DNA of 63,535 nt, the filler included. It is 15 parts of 15 records of this genome, joined end to end, with 100 filler letters (N's around TTAATTAATTAA, not from the genome) between each part and the next. Parts side by side here need not be neighbours in the genome. Positions count along the whole stretch, not along the records: positions 22,041 to 27,068 come from SRR7504441_18117; positions 27,169 to 31,042 come from SRR7504441_18118; positions 31,143 to 34,174 come from SRR7504441_18131; positions 34,275 to 37,556 come from SRR7504441_18143; 11 more parts are not named here. One strand, 5' to 3'. A program made the position numbers and the translations under genes. Below are positions 24,683-37,452 of the stretch, piece by piece (the first letter of the stretch is position 1; the number at the start of each line of letters is the position of its first letter). The notes under the pieces are model-generated. The model made no database searches. It saw only the letters and a program-made list of their open reading frames with translations, and was not told where the DNA came from.

Positions 24683-25507
24683 ATGGAGGGGGCCCTCGGG
24701 GCAGACTTGGAGCGGGCCCTCGGGGCAGACTTGGAGCGGGTGGCGGCCGCGGTGCGCGAGCCCAGCGAGCTGGTAGTCCGGCAGCTGCGGGCCACCCACA
24801 AGCTGCCCCGGCTGCCCGGCGGGCTCGACGGGCTGACTGCCCGGGCCATTGTGAGGCGGGCCCGGGTGTGCAGCGGGCAAGTGGAGGTCGAGATGACAGG
24901 CCTGGCCCCGGACGGCACCGGCAACCTGGTGGTGGAGAACACTTGCTCCATAGCGAGCCCCAGCCACTCTCGCACCGTGGTCTACCACCGCATCTCGGCG
25001 GAAGGGAAGCTGCTCGGGCAAATCAACAAGCCTGACGAATTTATGGCACTCAGCCAAGCGCTGCCCTGGCAACTCGGGCTGGCCTGCGCCCTCTCGCTGG
25101 TCGCTGGCGGGGCCGATGTAGTCCCGGCGCTGAGCTTGAGTTCGTCGTTAGCTGAGCTCCGTGGGGCCTATCGGGATTATCTGACAGCGGAGGAAGCCGG
25201 GCAACTAGCACAGCTCATCATGAACAAGCACGCCTGCCTCAAGGCGCTCGGGAGCGCCGATTTACCCGCAGAGTATGTGTCTGGCATCCGGCCTCTGCTT
25301 GAGTCTGCCACCGAGTGCTGCAAGCGCGTCGGGCCGCAGTGGAAGCTGATTGAGCACGTCACAGCAGAGCTCTACCCTCACCGGGCTGAGGCGTGCGCCG
25401 AGGAATGGCAGCTTCTGCAGTACCTGGCAGCCGAAAGTGCGAACGAGAGTGTGGAGTGGGTGGTGGCTACCCTGATGGATATCCGCCAACCTGTGCCGAA
25501 TGTGTAA
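24683..25507 (+). CDS. Hypothetical protein (N-terminal 24-nt perfect tandem duplication, ALGADLER x2)
   Basis: Intact 274-aa ORF; GGCCCTCGGGGCAGACTTGGAGCG repeated at 24691-24738. Confidence 0.55.
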   Translation: MEGALGADLERALGADLERVAAAVREPSELVVRQLRATHKLPRLPGGLDGLTARAIVRRARVCSGQVEVEMTGLAPDGTGNLVVENTCSIASPSHSRTVVYHRISAEGKLLGQINKPDEFMALSQALPWQLGLACALSLVAGGADVVPALSLSSSLAELRGAYRDYLTAEEAGQLAQLIMNKHACLKALGSADLPAEYVSGIRPLLESATECCKRVGPQWKLIEHVTAELYPHRAEACAEEWQLLQYLAAESANESVEWVVATLMDIRQPVPNV

Positions 25508-25759
25508 TTGAGCATAAGTGAAAGTTTTCACGATCACCAAAACTTGTTACCCCCGGATTTCTGTTCTAAATGACCCACTCACCCCCCTATTGTTGGCTGA
25601 TTTGTCGCCATGTTCCAAAACTTTGGACCAGTGTTTTTCATTTATGTCGGTTTCAAATATGATTGCAACGAGTTACTAATATAATGAGTTACAGAGTTCA
25701 GTACTGATGCGCATCCTTTCGCCAGTTGTGCGCATCCTTTGGCCGGCCACCCACCCAGG

Positions 25760-26975
25760 CTAGTAAATATACTCGTCGTCCAGAAACTGCTGCGCGAACG
25801 GCGAGCCTTCCGCCACAACATGGAAGATCGGGAACCCTGGCACCGTGAACCCATCCTGGCTCACCAGCTCCCTCAGCGTGCTGTCCAGCTTCACTCGTCT
25901 CCAGCGCTGCTTGGGCTTCTGGCCGTCAGGACCCGGCGCGGCCTCGTACAGTACGACCAGCTGCGGGAGTATGTATTTCCGTTGCTCGTCCCAGCTAGCC
26001 GGAGGGATCGCTGGCGGAAACATCGATTGCAACTGCTCAATCAATGGGCAATCCTCGTGCACGTCCTGCACCAGATCGCTCTGCGCGTGCTCCGGGTACA
26101 GAAACCCGACCTGCCCCCGGGTGAGCCCTGCCCGGACCGGCTCGCACCGCCCAGTGCAGGCAAGATGCCTCGTCTACGTACACTTGCTCGTTCGTGGGCA
26201 GGTCTAGGTGGTATGTGCCGTCCAGCCATTCCGGGCGCGGCCGGAGCTGCACCTTGCGCAGCTCGAGCAGCTGCCGCATCATCCCCTGCACCCGAGCCAC
26301 CTCCTTCTCCTCAGCATCCCGCTCTGCGACCTCCGCCTCCAATTCCGCCCTGCCCGCAGTCGCCTTGGCCGCTATCTCCTGGAGCTCCGCGTTCGCGGGT
26401 TCCACCTTCTGCCCCTCGCTGCAGAACTCGAGGCACTCCGTGAACTTCTTGAGCTTTAGCGCCGCCTGCGCCCCCCGCCAGTAGGGCTTGACTGCAGCCT
26501 TGTTCAGCCGGATAGAGCGCACGCAGTCGTGCATCACGTGCCCCCAGTTCCGGAGCTTGAAGTGCGCCTGGGCCCGGTTGGCCCAGATCACCGCCTCGAG
26601 CGCCGAGTCCCCGCACTTCTGGCACAGCGCGTCGTCGTAGATCGTAATTGCCAGCCGCGGGTTCGGCTTGGTTGCGGCCGCCCCTGCCTGGACCGGCTGG
26701 CCCTTGAGCGCCTTGTTGGCGCGCTCCTTGAGCTCGAGGGCCAGCTCGAGAGGGTCCATCCCGTCGTACTGCAGGCTGGACAACCACTCCACCATCGGGG
26801 CGTTCTCCGGTTTCTGGAGGTCCTTTTCGTCCATGAAGAGCGGGCAATCCCCAAAGCTCTCCGCGTCGATGTTCTCGAGCTGCAGGTCCGAGAACCAGCC
26901 GAAAACTCCGTCCTCGTCCTCCCCGCCCGCCGGCGCGGCCGGCACCACCGCTGCAGGGGCACTGGGCTCGGCCAT
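25760..26975 (-). CDS. TTC4: TTC4/Cns1-like TPR co-chaperone
   Basis: CPLFM, LSSLQYDG..P.E.A..LKERAN, NRAQAHFKLRNWG TPR; C-terminal wheel domain (LHW, FLYPEHAQSDLVQD, ASWD). Confidence 0.85.
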
Positions 26976-27376
26976 TCTCTGTCCCGCGCGCTTAGGCTTC
27001 TGGGATTTCTCGGCAAAGAAAAAGCTGAATTTCTCCTGAGAATTCTCTGGGGCCCGAACGCAAGACTTNNNNNNNNNNNNNNNNNNNNNNNNNNNNNNNN
27101 NNNNNNNNNNNNTTAATTAATTAANNNNNNNNNNNNNNNNNNNNNNNNNNNNNNNNNNNNNNNNNNNNATCGGCTCTTATCAAATTGATCGAGCCTCTTG
27201 TTCATCTTGCGCGTCTTGCACGACGAGCATTTCCGAGTCTTCTCTTCCTCTGGCACTGGCGGGTCCATGGTGGTGCAGTTGCGGCGAGGGGCCTTCCTCG
27301 GCCCTGCCGCCTACCTGCCGCCGTGCTCTGTTGTCCACTCACCTTGCTCACAGAATTTGCCGATCTGTTGAACAAG

Positions 27377-30095
27377 ATGCCGAGGACAGTGATGACCGTG
27401 TATGTGACGCTGTTGGCACTGCCGCTGCTCGTCGGGGCGCACTCAGCAGCGCCTGCAGATGGGAGTGGCGGGCTGCCATCTCATCAGACCGAGTGTCGCT
27501 TGCGGTGGCTGGCCTACAGATTCGCGCTGTCACTGCTACCGGCCCGCAGCCCTCTCCCGGCAGTCTTCGACGCGCTGCGACTGGGCTCGGGCTGCGGCCT
27601 CCCAGCTCCGGGCGCACGGCCAACCACAGCACGCCGAGAAGACGGGCTGCTCCACCCAGCCGCCCAGCTGCGGCTCTGGGTCTCCCCCGGCGGCGACGAC
27701 CACGCCGGCACGGGCAGTGCCAGCGCGCCGTTTGCGAGCGCTGCCCGGGCGGTTCGAGCGATCCGCGGGCTCCGGGAAGACCCGCGCCAGCCGGCCAGTG
27801 TGTTGTTCGCCAGCGGGAGCTACCATCTGGGCCAGCCGCTTCTGCTTGGTCCAGCTGACTCCTTTGTGAGCTTCGAGGCCGCTCCGGGGGCCGCCGTCAC
27901 CATCTCGGGCGGCCTGAGACTGGCCCCGCGCTGGGAGGAAGTGCGCCCGGGGCTAGTTCGGTCCACGGTCCCGGCAGGGCTGCTCAGTCCGTTGGGCACT
28001 GGGTTCAGCTCGCTGTTTGTGGGAGGGCAGCGACGATGGAGGGCGCGGTTTCCAAGCGGCAATCCAGAGCGCGACCTGCAGCCTCAGAATATGCTCCCTC
28101 CAACCGATCAGACGTGGTGGTTGCAGCCGCCCCCGCCGCGGCAGCCGTCAGTCCACCTGGTGGGTACTCCGTTGCGCAACTCGACGAATCAGCCAGGCAC
28201 AGGGATGCGATCGTATTTCTCTCGAATGATCGGAGGGTACGCGGAGCGGTTCGAGGGCGGGGTGCTCGAAGGACCGCCCCGGGCCTGGTGTGGCTGCGAT
28301 GCGTGCCTCGACCGACCGATCCCGCACCCGGTGAGTGGCACGGACAACAGAACTGTCCACTGCGCGGCCACAGTACCATCCGGTGTGGTGTATCCGTCCG
28401 AGTTGGAAGAGCGGGTGCGAAAATGGGACCTAAACTGGACCAGCCCGCCCGTGCTCTGGTGCATCAACGGCGACTACTACTCGAGTCTGCAGTGGCAGAT
28501 CGCCGGCGTCAACCGAACCAGCCGGCGTATAACCTTTGGACGGGGAGGGTTTCAGGCAGGGCAAAGCTCGGCACGCTGTGCTGCGTATTACATTGAGAAC
28601 GTGAAGGAGGAGCTGGATGCTCCAGGAGGTGAGGCCTGAGCCAGGCCGTGCTGAGCTGGGGCAGAGTTCTATTACGACAACTCTACTGGCGAGCTAAGTT
28701 ATTTTCTCAATTCGACCGAGGAGCGCGGTGCGGAGTTCGTTGCGTCCAGACTCAAGACTCTGGTGAGGATTGAGGGGACTGCCTCTCGGCCGGTCGAGGG
28801 CGTGGCCTTTCGCAACATCAGGTCGGCCAGATTGTTCGCGCGGCCGTGTGACTTGACGGCAGGTTCGCACACACAGCTTCGACGGCGCTTGATCCGCACA
28901 CCACCAAGCTTGGCGGAGGAGACTATGCTGTACACCTGGGAGCTGCAGTCGAGCTGAAGGGAACCGAGGGTGTGAGTTTGGAGGGGTGCCTATTTGAGCA
29001 TTTGGAGGGCAATGCGGTACTCCTGCACGGCCATGTAGTGAACACCACAATCTCAAATAATGAGTTTCACAGCATGGGAGCACATGCAATCCTGAGTGTG
29101 GGAAAGTCAGAGATGGTAGATGGGACCAGCAGTGAGCACCCCAAAGGCTCGTGGATCACTTCAAACCTCGCCCATGAAATCGGTGTGTGGCAAAAGCAGA
29201 CAACCTTCTATATGCAAGCTCTGACTGAGAGTGCAGTATTATCGGGCAATGTGGCTTTCAACTCCGCCCGTGCACTTGTGAACTTCAACGATGGCGCGTT
29301 TGGCGGCTCGCGGCTCGATCGTAATCTTTTCTTCAATGCCGTTCGCGAGACTGGAGACCACGGGCCATTCAATTCCTATGACCGGCAGCCGCTGTTGACG
29401 CGTGCTGCGGACGGCTCCGTCTCATACCACCCAGCCGAGAATACGATCTCACGGAACTTTATCATCTCTAACTACAATTCAAAAGTTCCGATTGACCACG
29501 ACGACGGGTCGCAGTATTACACCGACTTTAAAAACTTCGTTGTGTTTGGAGGTGCTTCAGCTGGTGGCGGACCTGTGTGCTGACTTGGTGGGTGACAGGC
29601 GCAAAGAACTTCTTAGGTCAGCACAAGACAGTCCACAGCAATTATTACATCTACCCGGAGGCCGTCAGTGCACTCGATGGTGACTACTTCACAACGAGCC
29701 AGCGGCCCAGCGACCTCGGGGCAATCCAGCGTTTGCCATATTGTGCTGAGTCGCTCCAAACTGATGTCTCGCAGTACAGTGGATTCAGGGATGCGTGGTT
29801 CAATAATACCTGCGTCGCCAGTACTGCACTCAGGACTCCATACTGGTTTGATCCTGATCCGTGTCAGGGCAACAAGAGTTTCCCAAAGCTAAGCAACAAT
29901 CGGTTTCTCGTACCTGCCGGCCATCAGTTGGAGTTCCCAATTTGCAATTCCTCGGGCCAAAGGTCGGCAAAGTTTGATGCGTGGAGACGCAACAACAACT
30001 GGGATGGCACATCGGTGGATGCCGGGTCGGAGATTGGCCAGACACCTACCGATGACGAACTAGAGCGAGTTCCAAAGGCCCTACTTGGCTTTTGA
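27377..30095 (+). CDS. Secreted right-handed beta-helix (pectin-lyase fold, GH141-like) protein
   Basis: Signal peptide; VSPGGDD..GSASAPFAS, ISGG, LFVGGQRRWRARFP, YYIENVKEELDAPGE, NFNDG.FGG, RETGDHGPFNSYDR, IDHDDGS; several short introns. Confidence 0.8.
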
Positions 30096-30766
30096 AGCTT
30101 GCATGAGTAACTATTAATGAATCTATCAAGATTTGGCCAGTGCAATTGCAATAAATTTAATGAACACTCGTACGCCAGCAGCGCAAGCAGATTAGCTGAC
30201 TAGCTATAAATCGAACAAATAGATGTTCTTAAATCCTCTAACGTGGTGGGTTTCGAGGCATGGCTGCTTGGCACATGGATGGTGGGTCGGGTTGCCATAG
30301 CATGCGCAGTGACGCCGGTGCGCATTAGTTAATTAAGCACTAGTAAGTACTCAGTCTGATCATGGCGACATGCTTCGAATTCAGGCCCGACGGCATGTGT
30401 GCGACCATGCAGCACCTCGAGAAAATAGTGCTGGTTACCTCGAGATCGGCACGCTACAGGCCTCTATCTGCCTGAGTACTCGTATATACTAGCTGATACT
30501 GCTAGATACTGCCCAAGTGGACTGCAGCGGCGGTCCGGCCCGCATCTGTAAGGAGGTTAAAGTCAATTTACCCCAAGATCAATTTCTGATCAATTTCTGA
30601 TTGTAAAGTCATGCCTTTTAAAGTAACATTATGACTTTATTAAGTTGCGGCGTCCCCATACAACTGATGCACGACAATCACAATTGCGAAAGGAGCGTGT
30701 TTTCTTCCGGTCGTAGTCAGCTTGGGCGATTAAACCGTCGTCAAGCAGTGACTTGAGCTGGAGCTG

Positions 30767-31042
30767 ATGGCGACTGCGAGGAACGAGTGCGTCAATGTGG
30801 GCAAGTACGTCTGGACGGCGGGCATGAAGGAGCTCAAGTTGGAGCGGGAGCAGCTCGAGCTGGACGGCTTTGTGCGGAGCATCCAGCGGGGCGCTAGGGG
30901 CAGGAAGGAGGGGCTGGGCAAAGGCAGAGTCACTTCTCGAATGGCACGCATCCGTCGATGTAGCAACAACAGCCAGTGCACGGGGTCACGTCCGTCACTT
31001 GATGGTGAATCCTATCTGAATCGGCAACGTTCCCGGCGGCGC
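30767..31042 (+). CDS. Hypothetical protein, 3' truncated
   Basis: ATG-initiated coding-like GC-rich segment running into the spacer. Confidence 0.3.
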
Positions 31043-31199
31043 NNNNNNNNNNNNNNNNNNNNNNNNNNNNNNNNNNNNNNNNNNNNTTAATTAATTAANN
31101 NNNNNNNNNNNNNNNNNNNNNNNNNNNNNNNNNNNNNNNNNNATCACACAAAGACCAAGGACCGGCTAGATCATAATGCTCACACAATGCTTATAGCAA

Positions 31200-32245
31200 T
31201 CAATTGAAGGCGCGCATCCGGGCTGCGTTGGGGTGCACAGGCAGCCCGGGGCACCCGCCCTTGCGAGGGTCATCAGACTCAAACGGAGCCTTCCACGCCC
31301 CGAGCAGCAGCTCCAGCGGCACGCCGGTCACGGTGGCCCCAGGCTTGTCGCATCCGGGCCCCAGAAGCGTCTCGTAAAAGCACCGGATCCAGCAGTCGCT
31401 GGTTGTATTCCGAACCGAGTCGCACCCGGCAAAGCAACCCCTCTGGTCTGCAGCCTCTATCCGGTTATAGATCGTATTATCGCTGGCCAGCGGTCAGCCT
31501 GCGCAGCAGTGAGGCTATACCTGCAGCTCTTGTTGACGCGCTTGGCCGCCTCAGCTACACGCCAGGTGCATTGGTCGGTTGGGCCGTCGCACCAGCCATG
31601 CTCAGTCGTGCTGTACCACTGGCCTCCCATCTTCTTGGCAACATTTGACTGGCCCCAGCCTCCCAGTCGGCCTAGCGAGGGGTATACCCGCCAGCACTCC
31701 CACGCAGGGTCCCCCGCCTTGCAGTCCTCTCCCCCGAAGTGCTGGCTGATGTTCTCTCGGCCAACCGGCGCGCCACACGGCACAGTGTGCCCGTAGTCGC
31801 CGCAGCCGCAGATGTACTGGCCGTTCGTGCAGTTGTCGTGCCCGTGGTGGTCCGTGTGGTTCACACACACGTTGCACCTGCGCCCGGCCCTGGCCCCGAC
31901 GCCCCCAGCTCTCCCGCACCGCCCGTACGGCCCGAACCGCCCATCCACCGCAAGGATCAACTTGGTGATGACCAGATCGTCGGACGTCACCTCCGCGTTC
32001 TGGCAGTCGCGCCCTTCGGGATCTTGGCGGCACTCGATCGGCGACACGACGCTGCGGAAGTCAAAGAACATGTCTCCGCGCGCATCGCCGGTGTCCATCT
32101 GCCGCCGGGCTCAGCCCGGGGTTGGCGGCAGCGGAACGTTGACAGGGGCTGCCCCGAAGGTGGCCTGGTTGACGTGGTAGACGGTGATGTTGGACCAGCC
32201 CGAAGCCTGGGACAGCAGCAACAGGCTCGCCAGCACCGACGACAT
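31200..32245 (-). CDS. Secreted cysteine-rich protein of unknown function (multi-exon)
   Basis: Signal peptide, ITVYHVN..PVNMDTGDARGDMFF, YGRCNVC, GGQWYST, CTWRV..KRVNKSC, CWIRCFYETLLG, GGCP. Confidence 0.7.
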
Positions 32246-32662
32246 GATGAGCCCACTTGTTCAGTCACCTCGACAGTTCCTCACCTGCAGCAGCATGCTG
32301 CTGATGACCTGATCCCGATCATGAGTCGCATGCATGGAGTTAGCATGGAGTCGATGAGTTGGGCAATCGGAGCTTCAGGGTGCCCGAGCTTAATGTTGAA
32401 TATAGCTAGACGGAATAGTTAGACCAAGCCTGGTTCTAATCGCTAGGTGTGAGTGTAGATGATGTGATGTCAGATTTACAGACTGACGGCAGTACCGTGT
32501 CCGTACATGTACGATACAGGCAATCTTATGTACCAATCGATATAATTATCTTCTTGCCCGCCGAGCTGCGTGCTAAGCTTGCAATTGCGCGGTTGGTGAC
32601 AAGCAGTTAGCTAGCGCTGGCGGGGCTTGCGTCGGATCGAATACCAGCATGGATCAATCTTA

Positions 32663-33646
32663 TTAGCTAGTATTCTCTTCGAGCCACCGATAAACAAACT
32701 CGCTAAGCTCGTCATCAAGCGCGACGGGGTGAGGCAGCCGGGCCTCCCGCAAGTGGTTGAAGTAGCTCACCGGCTTCCTATCCACGTTGGTCGAAGCTAC
32801 AATCGCGGCGTGGGCGAGTCCGCACTCTTCTTCCGAGATAGAGATAGGGGCCATGGCAGCCTTGAGTAGCGGCATCACGTACCACGGGAAGCTCGTGCCA
32901 GCAAGCTCGGTTACCACCACTCCCGGGAACATGCCGACAAACCGATACTGGGGGAATCTGACAGCGGCTGCACGCAGCCAAGCATCGCCCGCCACAGCCA
33001 CCGGGAATAAAGTTAGAGGCAGCAGCCCCGGCCCCGCAGTCCGTGAGTGCTCCAGCCGCCAGCGCACTGACTCCGCGGTCACGAACGGGAAATGCTGGGT
33101 TGAAGCTATCGTGTTCACCACGCGTGCGCCGGGCGCCAGCAAGCCGTGGGCGATCAGCCCCCGGAGCACGGCGTGGTGCGCGAGCAGGTCGAGCTGGATC
33201 ACCCGCTCGTGCCCGTCTGGTGAGAACGGGTCGGTGTAGTCCGGCCAGCTCCCCACCGTCAGCACGAGCACGTCGAACCGTCGGCCAGCCGCCGCCAGCT
33301 CGGCCACCAGCCTCTTGGCCCCCTGGACCCTGCTCAGGTCGGCGGGCACCCCGGGCGGCTGCGCGGTGCGGCCGACCACCGTGACAGTGGCCCCAGCCAG
33401 GCTCAGCTGGCCGGCCACTCCCCGCCCTATTCCTCGCGTGCCGCCCACCACCAGCGCTTTCCGGCCGCGGAGCCAGCGGAGGTCAGAGCCGGTGACGTCC
33501 CCAACCGCCGGGTCGCGCGGGCACGAGCCCGCCCAGACGATGCCCGTGAACAGCCCCGGCCCCCAGAGCCTCGCAGTCCCCACCAGGGTCGCAGCCACCG
33601 CCGCCACCAGCCACCCGCTGCGCCACATCCGCTGCAGGCAGCTCAT
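32663..33646 (-). CDS. Short-chain dehydrogenase/reductase-like protein with N-terminal membrane anchor
   Basis: ALVVGGTRGIGRGVA..GATVTVVGR, ADLS, FPGVVVT. Confidence 0.8.
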   Translation of the reverse strand: MSCLQRMWRSGWLVAAVAATLVGTARLWGPGLFTGIVWAGSCPRDPAVGDVTGSDLRWLRGRKALVVGGTRGIGRGVAGQLSLAGATVTVVGRTAQPPGVPADLSRVQGAKRLVAELAAAGRRFDVLVLTVGSWPDYTDPFSPDGHERVIQLDLLAHHAVLRGLIAHGLLAPGARVVNTIASTQHFPFVTAESVRWRLEHSRTAGPGLLPLTLFPVAVAGDAWLRAAAVRFPQYRFVGMFPGVVVTELAGTSFPWYVMPLLKAAMAPISISEEECGLAHAAIVASTNVDRKPVSYFNHLREARLPHPVALDDELSEFVYRWLEENTS

Positions 33647-33687
33647 GAGCTGGCCCAGCGTCCTCCACTCGAGCAGCTGCGGCCGGG

Positions 33688-34174
33688 ATGCAGCTGCAGG
33701 CAGCCGAGGCGGAGCTGCTCGGGTATGGGCTCGACTGGTTCGAGTCGCGCTGCCCTGAGCAGCCCGGCTCGGCGTACAGCCTGTCGGCGGTGCCGGTGGC
33801 TCGGCTCGGACACGTCCACCAGGCCCGGCTGACCTGCCCAGACCGGACCGAGACCGGCCCGGCGCTGGTCTGCCTGCACGGATTTGGGAGCGGGACCGGG
33901 ATCTGGTACGCCGTGCTGCCCGGGCTGCGGGCGATCTGGCCCGGCCCGGTACTCGCGCTCGATTGGTACGGCTGCGGCCAGTCGTCGCGGCCGGAGTGGC
34001 GGCTGGGGCACGGGCGGGATTGCCCGAGCCTGGAGGCGGTGGAGGAGTTTTTCGTGCGGCCGCTCGAGTGCTGGCGGGCCGCGGTCGGGGTCGAGACGAT
34101 GGTGCTGCTGGGGCACAGCATGGGCGGCTACCTGGCCGGCTGCTACGGGCTGCGGCACCCCGAGCGCGTGGCTC
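33688..34174 (+). CDS. Alpha/beta hydrolase (ABHD4/5-like), 3' truncated
   Basis: LVCLHGFGSG, LDWYGCGQSSRP, LLGHSMGGYLA..Y.LRHPERV. Confidence 0.85.
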
Positions 34175-34493
34175 NNNNNNNNNNNNNNNNNNNNNNNNNN
34201 NNNNNNNNNNNNNNNNNNTTAATTAATTAANNNNNNNNNNNNNNNNNNNNNNNNNNNNNNNNNNNNNNNNNNNNCGGCGGGCGAGAAGCTGATCGAGCTG
34301 GCCAAGGACGGGACGAGGCTCGTGCGGCGCTAATTGCTTCTACTACTACAAAGGTTCATATAGGGCATTCGTCATCATTAAAACGCCAGTATAGGCGGCA
34401 TTGTAAGTAAGATTGTAATACATGTAGATTTGGTGAAATCCATCATCACATGTATTCGAGCCATGTTGTAAGGTCGCTAGATTGAATCATAGA

Positions 34494-35902
34494 TTAGTCG
34501 TCTGTGGGGCACCTCCGCACCACCATGTACATATACCTGCACACCCACTAAACAAACAACAGTCTAAACATGATCAACGCTCACCAACACTCACAGCCTC
34601 GCTCCCCAAACTCAGCCTCGATCACGCCCACCTGAGCTCACCGATCGTTTCCTTATTAGAAAGCGGTGACACCAACGCCGCCTTCACGGCCTGCATCCCA
34701 GCCGGATCCTGCCGTTAGCACTCATTGAGCCATTAGGCAAGCTGGCTAACCAGCCCAACAGACGTCTGCAGTGCGTTGGCATGGATTGACCTGCAACTCA
34801 ACAATAATTCCCTCGGAAGCGGCGACCGTGCCACCAGCAGAGCTCGGCGTGCTCGGCGGCCGAGCACCTGCAGTTAACACGCAACATTTCCTTATAAAGA
34901 AGGTAGCAGTTAACATTGTCACCGCTCGCCGATGATTACCGGCCCGGCGTCCAAATCCACCAGCTCGAGCCCTTGAGGCACGGCAGCCCGCACCTGACCT
35001 AACGCTCATTCCCTATCAGATGTATGTGTAACCTCTTCAGGTAGCCGAAGGTAATATGGCACGCAAGCCCGGCCAACAGCCTCCATACTCACCTGAGCTT
35101 AATACTCAATCTCCTGTGAGCCAGGGCAGACACACTGCCCCAGCTGCAGCTGCCCGTTTCAGCGCCTGCCCGAGCACCTGGCGTTATCAGTCATCGCCTT
35201 ACCAGGACGGCGAGGCCAGCCACCGGCCCCCGACCGCTGGGTGGATTGACCCACTGGTGACCCTGCCTCGCCTACTCAGGGCGCTAATCACCCAAACAGC
35301 GTCACCGGGCCTCCGAGCCCACCCACCATAAGGTAGACCCCCTCGCCGCCAGGCCGCATCTCCTCACGTCGCAGTGTCAAGAATGTTGTTAGATCCGCCG
35401 CCGCCCGGTCGGCCCAGGCCTGCCGCGCCGCAGCGGGCGAGTCCGGCTGGTTTGGATGGAGCAGCGGAAACTCGGTTACCGGCGAGGAGAGCCAGTGCAG
35501 GGCGATCATCGACAGGCTCAGGTGGACCGTCCGCTGTGGAAGCAGCTGCTTGTAAAAGCTCCGGGCTAGTAGCAGCGGGAACCACCGGGCTGGCAGCGCT
35601 GCCTGGTCGACGGTCAGCGCTAGCTGGCTGATATCGGATTCGGGAAGCTCTTCCAGGACCAGCTGCACCGGCCGGGTGTCGCCGATTTCGGCCAGCTTCT
35701 CTTCTAGGGCGGCGACCGCTGAAAGACTGGAGGCACCGCCCGCAACCCCGAGGTCCAGGACAGTGAGCGCCGGGGAGGCTGGGTCGGCAGCAACGGCGCG
35801 GGCCAGAGCAGCGAGCAGGGCCGGCCGGGCGAGCTGGTGCGCGTCCAGCTGAGCGTGCGCCGACTGCTCGTAGAGCGAGCCGAGCATCGTGTTGCCGTCC
35901 AT
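34494..35902 (-). CDS. SABATH-like SAM-dependent carboxyl methyltransferase (multi-exon)
   Basis: Y..SAHAQ, VLDLGVAGGASS, ELPESD, RSFYKQLLPQRTVHL..S..ALHWLS, DLTTFLTLRREEMRPGG, VPYYLR; ends YMVVRR. Confidence 0.75.
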
Positions 35903-35931
35903 TGCTGCTTTTCCGTTGCAGATCTGGGAGA

Positions 35932-36719
35932 ATGGCCCACCGGCGGCTGCTCACTCGGCTCACGGCAGCAGGGTCGCTCGCTGGGTCGCTGTGGAGCGGG
36001 CCGGCACACACGGTGGCGGGCCTGCCGGGGCGAGGCTGAGCGGCGGCCGGCCAGAAGGCGAAGGGGGAGGGGGCGCTGATGCGTGAACAGCGGGCGCTGA
36101 TGCTGTTCGGCGAGATCGACGGGCCGGCCGCCAAGCAGCTCGTGAGCGACCTGCTGGAGCTGGAGCTCAAGGCTCCGGGCAAGCCGATCCAGCTGCTGAT
36201 CAGCTCGCGCGGTGGCAAGGTGTCGGCCGGGCTGGCCATACTGGACGTGATCAACGGCATTGAGAGCCCGGTGCACACAGTCTGTCTGGGGAGCTGCAGC
36301 TCGATGGCGGCTGTGCTCCTGGCTGCTGGGGCCGCGGGTCACCGGACAGCGCTGCCCAACAGGCGAGTGCCGGGCTGGGGCTGGGCGAGAGGCGGGGGGC
36401 AGCGTGGTGATGATCCACCAGCCAAAGTCGAGCAATAAAGGCCAAGTAACCGACTTGGTCCGGCGGGTCGAGCAGTCCCAACGGACAAAGGCCAAGCTCC
36501 GTCGGCTGCTGGCGGAGGCCACCGGTCAGTCGGAGCCGGCGATCGAGCTCGCGTGGGACCGGGACTGCTACATGAGCCCGGAGGAAGCCAAGCAGTTTGG
36601 GATCGTGGATCAGGCGGGTGCGTGTCAGGCGCGTGCTGACAGGGGAGCAGGTGACTGTTAGCCTCGGGGTCGGGCAGGCCAATTCAGCCACACCGGCCAA
36701 ACCGCAATCTACGATTTGA
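35932..36719 (+). CDS. clpP: ATP-dependent Clp protease proteolytic subunit, probably mitochondrial
   Basis: Arg-rich transit peptide; ISSRGG.V.AGLAI.D, CSSMAAVLL (Ser), MIHQP (His), DRDCYMSPEEAKQFGIVD (Asp). Two GC-AG introns (36363-36402, 36614-36650). Confidence 0.9.
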
Positions 36720-36834
36720 GACGATTCATTATAGTTCACTCGACGTAAATATTCAATGAATAAATATTACATGTAATTGTCAGCCGACCGAAATCACTGA
36801 ATAATTATAAAACACCACGACGTGAATTGAGGGT

Positions 36835-37452
36835 TCAGACAGCCTCGAGCTCTCGATTGAGCAACTTGGTGACTTCGGAGGCCAGCTCCCGCAGCATCTG
36901 GTTCTTATCCGGGTGCCACCTACCCGCGCTCCCGGCCTGCAGCCCTCAAGAGCTCGCACCGCAGTCGGAGCTCGGCCACTCGCTTCCGCCTCTCCGGGTC
37001 AGGCAGCTCTCGAATGGCCCGGATCTGCTGCTTGACTTCGCGCTCGATCTGAGCCCAGTCGTACCCGCCGCCGCCGCTGCTCTGGGCAGCTGGTCCCATG
37101 AAGCTCTTCTGCTCCCACGGCCGCGCATCGGCCGCAGTCCTCGGCCGACCCACCCGGCGCACGATCGAAGCGTTCGCCTGCACGAACAGGAAGCCCACTG
37201 GCGGCGGGCTCGACAGGCTGTCAGCGCAGCGCTGGCGTATCTGCCCGACTGTCATGGGCGCCGGCCGGCTTGCTGGCCTCTGAAAGCGGCTCGTGCCCGG
37301 TGCACCGGAGGTGGCCGCAGGTCAGCGCCTCCGGTCCGCACGGGTCACCGTCCGGGTGCCAGTCCACCCGGAGCGCTCCGGCGGAGCAGCTGGCCCCCAT
37401 TACATGAAAAGCGGGTGACCCCCTGCAGCACTCTGACGCGTTGCAGTTCCAT
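36835..37452 (-). CDS. Small protein with C-terminal J-domain-like HPD motif
   Basis: After splicing: ERRKRVAELRLRWHPDKNQMLRELASEVTKLLN. Confidence 0.55.
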
